Assembly: GCA_019057385.1 (NCBI GenBank)
Contig: JAHQJS010000007.1
Coordinates: 1-64,000 of the forward strand
Reading direction: 5' to 3'
Source of the DNA: Candidatus Borrarchaeum weybense
GTDB taxonomy: Archaea > Asgardarchaeota > Sifarchaeia > Borrarchaeales > Borrarchaeaceae
DNA length: 64,000 bases
This document shows positions 57,402-64,000 of the stretch, piece by piece (within the stretch, counting starts at the first letter, position 1; every line of letters begins with the position of its first letter). The notes below the pieces were generated by a model. That model was not told the DNA's origin. It did not search any database and was given only the letters and a program-made list of their open reading frames with translations. A program made the position numbers and the translations under genes.

Positions 57402-58109
57402 ATGGAGGTCTACCGTTTGGTATGGTTCGGTAAAGGATTTACGAAAACTTCACACGGACGGATTAGTCCAGTCCAATTTATGATTCTCTTAATGGCGGAA
57501 AGAAAAAAAGAGGCTTACGGTTATGAACTTCTACAAGAGCTATCTGGAATCTTTAGCGATGTGTGGAAGCCAAAAAGTGGTACTGTTTACCCTGCATTGA
57601 ATTCACTTGAAGAAAGGGGCTTTCTTAAAAGCGAGAAGGTTGAACAGGAAGACAAGCCTGATAAAAAAATGTATAAGATTACACAAGAAGGCAGAGACAT
57701 CTTAAACGAAGTTTTTGATAGTTTTGAAGAAGAAGTTACATATTCAGAAGAATATGGTGCAAAAATGTTTGAGTATTTAGGGCAACATTTTGGCAGAAAA
57801 TTAGGTTCTTTATTTTCAAAGTTGTTTTTACATGAAGATATGGACGAAATCGATCACTGGAAAGGAAGAAAGCAGAAAATCAAAGAGAGAATGAGACATG
57901 AGATGGATCATAGACATCATCATATTGGTCCTTGGATGTGGATGATGCCTTGGATGAAATATCTTTTTTCGGGGGATGAGCTTCAAGATGATGACCGAAA
58001 GGAGATGTTAGAGCACTATAAAGCACGATTACAGAAAGAACTTGAGAAGATCAACAAAGAATTAGAAAAAATGGAAACTGAAGAAAACAAAGAAGAGGAG
58101 GTGGAATAA
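57402..58109 (+). CDS. PadR-family transcriptional regulator
   Basis: YGYELL, PKSGTVYPALNSLEERG, KMYKITQEG. Confidence 0.92.
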   Translation: MEVYRLVWFGKGFTKTSHGRISPVQFMILLMAERKKEAYGYELLQELSGIFSDVWKPKSGTVYPALNSLEERGFLKSEKVEQEDKPDKKMYKITQEGRDILNEVFDSFEEEVTYSEEYGAKMFEYLGQHFGRKLGSLFSKLFLHEDMDEIDHWKGRKQKIKERMRHEMDHRHHHIGPWMWMMPWMKYLFSGDELQDDDRKEMLEHYKARLQKELEKINKELEKMETEENKEEEVE

Positions 58110-58110
58110 C

Positions 58111-58311
58111 ATGTTTGGGATGGAACATATATTTCCAATATTCTTGAAGCATTTTCACTGTATGCCAGAAATAATGGAAAAGGAAGATTTTCCAGAACTA
58201 AAAAAAGATTTCTTAGAATTATATAAAAAACTCTTAGAGGCTCAGATTAAGCATATTGACAGAAAACTAGAAAAGATAGAAGAAGTAGCAGAAGAAAAGA
58301 ATGAAGCATAA
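58111..58311 (+). CDS. Small coiled-coil protein resembling the PadR C-terminal tail
   Basis: FLELYKKLLEAQIKHIDRKLEKIEE versus PadR MLEHYKARLQKELEKINKELEKMET; GAGGAGGTGG RBS. Confidence 0.75.
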   Translation: MFGMEHIFPIFLKHFHCMPEIMEKEDFPELKKDFLELYKKLLEAQIKHIDRKLEKIEEVAEEKNEA

Positions 58312-58360
58312 GCCTTTTCTCATCACTATTTTTTAACTGCATTTTTTTATTATTTCTCCA

Positions 58361-58608
58361 CAAGAAGACCCCTTCAACGTGTTGGGGGGATGAATTGCGT
58401 GTGTTACTTGTTTCACTTTCACGATACTCCCTAATCTTTAAATACGGTTTTGCAGAGATTCTAAGTAGAATTGAGCTGAGGTAACACTCGCCAGTTCTCA
58501 CATTCATATCACGTTCAGGGCAGGGACTGCCCGTAGAGCCTGTTTGACATGTCCTGCTGGGGAATGGATGATTCAGGAAGCCAGCCTACTTGTAGGGTGG
58601 TAGTTCAC
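58361..58608 (+). mobile_element. Miniature non-autonomous IS200/IS605-type element (left end plus right end with TnpB omegaRNA-like scaffold; no tnpA/tnpB)
   Basis: Left hairpin ccccttcaac-gt-gttgggggg followed by atgaattgcg; right part gggcag-gga-ctgccc...caggaagccagcctac-tt-gtagggtggtagttcac. Confidence 0.75.
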
Positions 58609-58612
58609 TAAA

Positions 58613-59209
58613 TTAGATAATCTCAAGAAGATAATACAAAGCATTTCGCACATTCAATCCAGTGACTGCACTACAAGGTATAATTTTATCCTCTTCAATG
58701 TCTAAATACTCGCTGATATTTTCTAGGACTTTTGTATTACAATTTGAAAGGTCGATTTTGTTAAGACAGACTACGAAAGGAAGAGATAAAGCATCATGTA
58801 TTAATTCTATGATATCTCGGACTTTTGCTAAGTAACTCTCCGTCATAACTGTAGAATCAATTACCACAAAAACACCCTTAGCGCCTTTCCACCAAATACT
58901 CCATAGCGGCTGATAGTGTGTTTGCCCCCCTAATTCCCATAACATATATGACTGAGAATCGTCTTGCATAAAAACTCTGTAAAAGTCAATTCCAGGTGTA
59001 GGTATGTAGGATTCGCAGATAGTATCAAGATTAGCTGTGTTCTTCTTCTTTTTGACGCCATTAAATGCCGCTTCAATTTTTTTTCCAAAAACTGTTTTAC
59101 CTGCATTGGCAGGTCCCATAAGGAGCAGTTTTGTAACACTCATACGATTAAGTAATTTTGTCGGCTTATTTACCGTTTTGATCTCTGTTGTAAATGACAT
59201 AAAGCTCAC
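58613..59209 (-). CDS. Small GTPase, Arf-like (Ras superfamily)
   Basis: G1 GPANAGKT, G2 PTPG, G3 WELGGQ, G4 NKID, G5 SAV. Confidence 0.9.
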   Translation of the reverse strand: MSFMSFTTEIKTVNKPTKLLNRMSVTKLLLMGPANAGKTVFGKKIEAAFNGVKKKKNTANLDTICESYIPTPGIDFYRVFMQDDSQSYMLWELGGQTHYQPLWSIWWKGAKGVFVVIDSTVMTESYLAKVRDIIELIHDALSLPFVVCLNKIDLSNCNTKVLENISEYLDIEEDKIIPCSAVTGLNVRNALYYLLEII

Positions 59210-59393
59210 ACACCTTTGTCAATTAAATTGATTTAACGTCATTTAAAAAGAGGTCAAGGTTCTGACGACAACGGAGAGAATTAACATTGATTTTTCGTCG
59301 ATGATGCTTTTGAAAAATAAAAGACTTATGTGATCTGTTCTTCGTTAGAAATTTTCAAAACTTTACCTAGAATCTTATATCGCTGAAAAGTCT

Positions 59394-62348
59394 CTATTCT
59401 TTGCCACTATACTCACAGGATGGATTTAAACACCTTATCTTGCTTTTAGATTTAAAGAGAGGGAGACCACATTGACATTTTTCATCGTGCAATATTGCGT
59501 AGTTGGGCAGCACAAAAGCAGTTTTACAGGGATTCTCATCATTATAATAATTACTACAACCGACAGCCAAACCGATTCTCCGAAGAAAGATAAGCGGCTC
59601 ACCGCATTTTGGACATGAATATTTTTCTTTTTCAAATTTCTCCTTCACAATCATGTCAGGATTCTGACACTGCCGATCGATACAGCAGGTAATATCATAC
59701 CCGCCATAAATATGGTGCATTTTGGGAAGTCCACATCTTTCACATCTTTCAGTCAACAATTTAGCGGTCTTTGGAACTCTATATGATATACCGCAAAGTG
59801 AGCAAATAATCTCATCTTTTTTCTTTACTAAATCGTGTCCACAATTCTTGCAGACACCAATTTTCTTTGAAGAAATATCCACTATTTTTTCTTTTTTTGG
59901 TTTTTTCTCTATTTTATTAATTTCTAAGGTTTTTTTGGGACGAGGCTTTATCACCTTGATTTTTTTCTTGTTAATTATCGGTAAGCTCTCAAAATCGATG
60001 AATGAAACAATTGATTCACATAGAATAGTTTGTTGTATTGGAGACGTAATATAAACAGGAAAAATCCAGTCTTCTTCTTTATTTAGAAATAAAGCCTGTT
60101 CTATTAATTTCTTTTTGTTTAACAACAGTGTTGCATTGATACGTACAGGAAAACTCCAATTTTTTAATCTGAAAAGTGCTTCTTGAGATTCATCAATGTT
60201 CATTCTTTCTCTAATATCCCATTCAGCAGTGATAATAGGCATTTCGTTGATTTTTTTTCGGATCTTTTCTGCATTAGCCTTTTTGATACCAAGTTTAATC
60301 ATTTCTTCTACACTGAGTTGTATCAAGTCCTTTAATCCCATAACATTTGCACTCGCTAACAATGTCGCTATTCTTGCGCCTATACCTCTAACTTGTATTA
60401 ATTCCGAAAATTCCTCAGGTAGTGAATATTCTAGTAAAACACTAAGCCTTTTGATCTTTTCACGAATTAGAATGGATTCAGAGAATTCATCACAGAAACG
60501 TTCCAAAGCCGACAATAGTCTATTAGCGTTTTGTTTTATAACGCGTGCGTCTGTCTGAAACTCAATATCAATTTTTACACCGCCTTTAAGAGATGCAAGC
60601 AAGACTGCGAATACCTTTTCTTGATGTTTTTTCAGATCTTTTACATAACCAGATGCCGAATAACTCTCAATGACATCTCGAAAGACCCCCCGTTCATTTT
60701 TTCTAACTACCATATCGTCAAATTCGCTGGCTTTTGACACAAGTGCAAGGATTTCTTCATCATCAATGATTTCATGAGAGTGAACTGCAACTGCATCAAA
60801 AAAAAGTTTTCCAGTATCTAAACGCAAATAGAACTTTGAGGTGAGGCTTCCTAAAGGTGTGGAAACAAGCCCCAGCTCTGTTTTATTTATAAATCCATCT
60901 GTGATAAGCCGTTCGATACATTCATTTGTAGTATCCATTATTTCTTGTATCTTTAGTTCATCCTTTTGAGAACTATACAAGAACGTGCTTTTCAACCAAT
61001 CACTTATTTCAGCTTCTGTTTTAATAAAATTCAAACTAATCTCTGCATTGAGATGCTCTTCTAATGTTTCGGTTAATCTTGATTCTATTTCTTTCCCAGT
61101 TAATAGTCCCCGATAGTATTCAACGTTTCTTTTTTCTGTAATGATGATCCCATATCCTAGCGCATCAAATTGAGGTCTACCTGCTCTTCCAAGCATCTGA
61201 AGTAGATCTAAAGGGCTTATTTCCTTTTTACCTTTCAAGGGGTCATAGACCGTTGTGTCTTGTACTACAACCACACGAGCAGGCAAGTTCACTCCCCATG
61301 CCAGCGTTGAGGTGGACGCAAGCACCTTTAGAAGTCTATTCTTGAAAGCGGATTCAACAATCTCACGATCATTTCTACTCAAACCCGCATGGTGAAAGGC
61401 TATTCCGTCGACAAAACAGGTACGTAAAATATCATTAACGATCTCTTTTGACATCTTCCCCAATAATTCAGCCTCTTTATTTCCTAAAAGCAATTTTTCG
61501 TTTTCTGAAAAGTTTTGTAATAATTTTTGCGCAGTATCTACAGCCCCGCGTCTACTTGAGACAAAAACTAATGCTTGACCACCAGCATCAATGTGTGGGA
61601 CGATTAAATCGTAACTGAGTTGAATTTTCAGATGCTTATTATTCCATCTATTCTTCGTATCTGGTTTATACCCACAAACGGTCGCTTCTAGATTTACAGG
61701 TCTGTAAATGTCATCAAAAACAAAGGTGCCCGATTTCTTTGCACCTAACCATGCTGCTACGTCTTCAATATTCTTCATTGTAGCACTCAAAGCTACTATT
61801 CGTAAAGCTTCATTAAGTTTTTTTAAACGTGATATCAGTACCTCTAAAGCTCCTCCTCTTTCGGGTGAGTCTAAAAGATGTACTTCATCGATTATAATAG
61901 TATCTATACGGTTGATAAACTCGTATGTAGTGCTCATGAATTTTCTACTAGCACTATCAACTTTTTCAGGTGTAGATATTATTATATGTGCTTTAGCGGC
62001 TTTTCTAGGCTCAATCTCAGTTTCTCCAGTTGTAACATACACGTTATAGCCTAAAGGTTCGAATTTATTGGTCCACTCATCAAGTTTTTCGTAACTTAGG
62101 GCTTTGTATGGTGCTATGTAAACGACTTTTTTAGTGGAATCATTTTGATGCTTTATTAAAGCCCTTAAAATAGCAAGTTCACCGATAACTGTTTTGCCGG
62201 AAGCTGTGGGAGCTGCAACAACCACATTCTCTTCCCGGTTAAAAGTGATATCAAAAACAGCCGATTGCATCTTATTAAAACGTTCAAAGGGAAATACACT
62301 TTTTAATGTTTCAGGAATCACTTCTGTTACTTTTAGTTCAACAGCCAC
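59394..62348 (-). CDS. Ski2-like SF2 helicase (Mer3/HFM1-like) with Sec63-like region and C-terminal topoisomerase-type Zn ribbons
   Basis: FNKMQ, APTASGKT, DEVH, LSAT, FHHAGL, TSTLAWGVNLPA, QMLGRAGRPQFD, IESRL..LEEHLNAEI; multiple CxxC at the C-terminus. Confidence 0.88.
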   Translation of the reverse strand: MAVELKVTEVIPETLKSVFPFERFNKMQSAVFDITFNREENVVVAAPTASGKTVIGELAILRALIKHQNDSTKKVVYIAPYKALSYEKLDEWTNKFEPLGYNVYVTTGETEIEPRKAAKAHIIISTPEKVDSASRKFMSTTYEFINRIDTIIIDEVHLLDSPERGGALEVLISRLKKLNEALRIVALSATMKNIEDVAAWLGAKKSGTFVFDDIYRPVNLEATVCGYKPDTKNRWNNKHLKIQLSYDLIVPHIDAGGQALVFVSSRRGAVDTAQKLLQNFSENEKLLLGNKEAELLGKMSKEIVNDILRTCFVDGIAFHHAGLSRNDREIVESAFKNRLLKVLASTSTLAWGVNLPARVVVVQDTTVYDPLKGKKEISPLDLLQMLGRAGRPQFDALGYGIIITEKRNVEYYRGLLTGKEIESRLTETLEEHLNAEISLNFIKTEAEISDWLKSTFLYSSQKDELKIQEIMDTTNECIERLITDGFINKTELGLVSTPLGSLTSKFYLRLDTGKLFFDAVAVHSHEIIDDEEILALVSKASEFDDMVVRKNERGVFRDVIESYSASGYVKDLKKHQEKVFAVLLASLKGGVKIDIEFQTDARVIKQNANRLLSALERFCDEFSESILIREKIKRLSVLLEYSLPEEFSELIQVRGIGARIATLLASANVMGLKDLIQLSVEEMIKLGIKKANAEKIRKKINEMPIITAEWDIRERMNIDESQEALFRLKNWSFPVRINATLLLNKKKLIEQALFLNKEEDWIFPVYITSPIQQTILCESIVSFIDFESLPIINKKKIKVIKPRPKKTLEINKIEKKPKKEKIVDISSKKIGVCKNCGHDLVKKKDEIICSLCGISYRVPKTAKLLTERCERCGLPKMHHIYGGYDITCCIDRQCQNPDMIVKEKFEKEKYSCPKCGEPLIFLRRIGLAVGCSNYYNDENPCKTAFVLPNYAILHDEKCQCGLPLFKSKSKIRCLNPSCEYSGKE

Positions 62349-62578
62349 TACAATTCCTCAAAAATATTTGGAGTAACCAGTTCATGAATAACGCACAGGT
62401 CATTTATTGATTGAACATTCAGTAATAAACGTTTTCCATACTTCATTTTTTAATAACAAATTAAAGAAAATATCTAACGTCAGTTCTAATACTATTGCAT
62501 TGTTTTCGAATTTTGCTTCAAATATAATACACCTTAAGAAATTCATCTATTAGCATTTAAATTAAAAAATAAGGGGGG

Positions 62579-62633
62579 GAGATTTTGAGAATACTTAGGA
62601 GGGATCCAGGCGTTTGTTAAATCTCAAAATCTC
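62579..62633. repeat. Perfect 12-bp inverted repeat with 31-nt loop (candidate small RNA)
   Basis: gagattttgaga (62579-62590) and tctcaaaatctc (62622-62633). Confidence 0.6.
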
Positions 62634-62853
62634 TCTACTATCATTTGAATGCACCTCATTTAAAAACAAATGAATCCTACATGAATTTTTAAATTTATAG
62701 AATAACGCATTTCCTAAGATTTCAACAACTTCTTTTAGTAGAAATCATATCTTGACTTTTTACAACCCTTTAGCATGATTTCTGCTTTATAAACGAACTC
62801 CAAAGATAGTATATGACTATCCAGTTTACTAGGAGTGTATTGAAATAACAATT

Positions 62854-64000
62854 ATGAGTTCATCGCTACTAACATACTTTCCGTATTCAAATTTGAGACC
62901 TCATCAAGACAAATTAATTCTCCTTTCAAAAAATGTCATTAAAAACGGACTTAATGCCATCATAGAGGCACCAACTGGTATCGGCAAGACTTTAGGTATA
63001 TTAGCAGGAGTTCTTCCTGAATTAATTACGCATGATATGAAATTGCTGTATGTTTGCAGAACTCACACACAAATGACCCGAGTAATTGAAGAACTAAGAG
63101 CAATCGTTGCCAAAAGAGGTCATCACATCAAAGGTATCTCAATTGGTGGTAAGCATGTAATGTGTTTAAAATCGAATGTACGCAATATTCCTGACGCTGA
63201 GATCTTAAACGATACTTGCAATGCAATTAAGAAGAAATGTCACTTTTTTCAAAGAACAAAAGGATTCAATATTGAATCTTTGCTCGATGAACTTAATAAA
63301 TGCCCAATGACTAGCCAAGATGTTTACAAATTTTCAAAAATGCATGGATTATGCCCATTTGAACTACAGAAGAAATTATTGCCAAATATGGATGTTATAA
63401 CATTATCTTATCAATATTTTTTTAACCCAATACTACGATACTACGTTATTGAGAGATTTATTGAGTTGGCAAATTGTTTTATCATCTTAGACGAGGCCCA
63501 TAACCTGCCCAGTATCGTTAAATCCATTATATCACTAAAACTTAAATTATCAAGCATCAAGAACGCTCTTGAAGAAGTACAAACTTACCCTCATATAGTA
63601 CAACTTAAAAACCCTGAAACAATCAGTGACTTCTTATCGAATATCTATGTGAAAACAATTGAATATGCACGTTCGAAAAGGAGAGAGAACAAAGAGGTCA
63701 AAATTACATCTAGAAAGGAAAAAGATACTTTTCGAAGCCATATTTCCTTATGTACGGACCTTGATAAACAAGGAATTAACTTTTTAATCGATCGGATAAT
63801 CGCATGGGGCGAAAGAATTAGAGAATATCGAGCAAAAAGCGAGAATGTTGCGCGGTCATCGCTTTATAGGGTCGGAAAGTTTCTAAAATCAATGGAAAAG
63901 GCAGTTACAGATCCCGTTTTTGAAGTGATTTTAAAAAAACAAAAACTCCCTTCTAAAGAAACATATCTTTTAGAACTTATATCATTCGATCCAAGACCTA
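62854..64000 (+). CDS. xpd: XPD/Rad3-family Fe-S helicase, 5' part (runs off window)
   Basis: Manual translation: YFPYSNLRPHQ, EAPTGIGKT, RTHTQ, Fe-S Cys (MCL, TCN, KCH, LCPF), ILDEAHNL. Confidence 0.9.
   Translation, partial: MSSSLLTYFPYSNLRPHQDKLILLSKNVIKNGLNAIIEAPTGIGKTLGILAGVLPELITHDMKLLYVCRTHTQMTRVIEELRAIVAKRGHHIKGISIGGKHVMCLKSNVRNIPDAEILNDTCNAIKKKCHFFQRTKGFNIESLLDELNKCPMTSQDVYKFSKMHGLCPFELQKKLLPNMDVITLSYQYFFNPILRYYVIERFIELANCFIILDEAHNLPSIVKSIISLKLKLSSIKNALEEVQTYPHIVQLKNPETISDFLSNIYVKTIEYARSKRRENKEVKITSRKEKDTFRSHISLCTDLDKQGINFLIDRIIAWGERIREYRAKSENVARSSLYRVGKFLKSMEKAVTDPVFEVILKKQKLPSKETYLLELISFDPRP

Noticed and set aside
58247-58507. 86-aa minus-strand ORF
   Set aside because: Runs antisense through the miniature IS element and the small gene; no tnpA/tnpB similarity
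1219-62376. Numerous 60-125 aa ORFs antisense to or nested within long genes
   Set aside because: Shadow ORFs of well-supported CDSs with no independent signals
1-64000. CRISPR array, tRNA or rRNA genes
   Set aside because: No repeat-spacer periodicity or cloverleaf seen; the periodic DNA at 13.3-14.2 kb and 31.9-35.6 kb is coding repeat

Overview
AT-rich archaeal DNA, most likely an Asgard archaeon. This is inferred from GGAGG/GGTG-type RBSs, a TFB-like gene, RadB, SAMP, an SDS22-type LRR protein, an Arf-like GTPase and a longin/uDENN-like motif. 1-8.5 kb (minus): complex I-like operon nuoA-B-C-D-H-I-J-K-M-M-L with two NuoM copies and no nuoEFG in the visible part. 8.7-17 kb: three PNPOx-like split-barrel proteins, MoeB/TusA/SAMP, LRR protein, NDH-2-like flavoprotein, LarE. 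17.4-20.8 kb: oxidative-stress/iron cluster (two half-ferritins, cytochrome b5-like membrane protein, PerR/Fur, an unannotated sORF, rubrerythrin). 21-30.6 kb: PGI/PMI, HAD, DsrE, an orphan type II/IV secretion ATPase, small unknown ORFs, a long coiled-coil/wHTH protein, MEMO1. 30.8-50.9 kb is the most unusual region. It holds a 1658-aa Ig-repeat surface protein with a cytoplasmic longin/uDENN-like tail and a degenerate Hef helicase. It also has a five-gene operon around a 1417-aa membrane-anchored HerA/VirB4-like pseudo-ATPase, an ArsR regulator divergent from a TFB paralog with an inserted wHTH, a YdjM-like hydrolase, an Mrr-like protein and RadB. 51-64 kb: membrane-anchored clan-A glycoside hydrolase, tandem SAM methyltransferases behind a structured leader, HAD, PadR, a miniature IS605-type element, an Arf-like GTPase, a Mer3/HFM1-like helicase with Zn ribbons, and partial XPD. 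No CRISPR array, tRNA or rRNA was recognised. All family assignments come from motif recognition by eye, not database searches.
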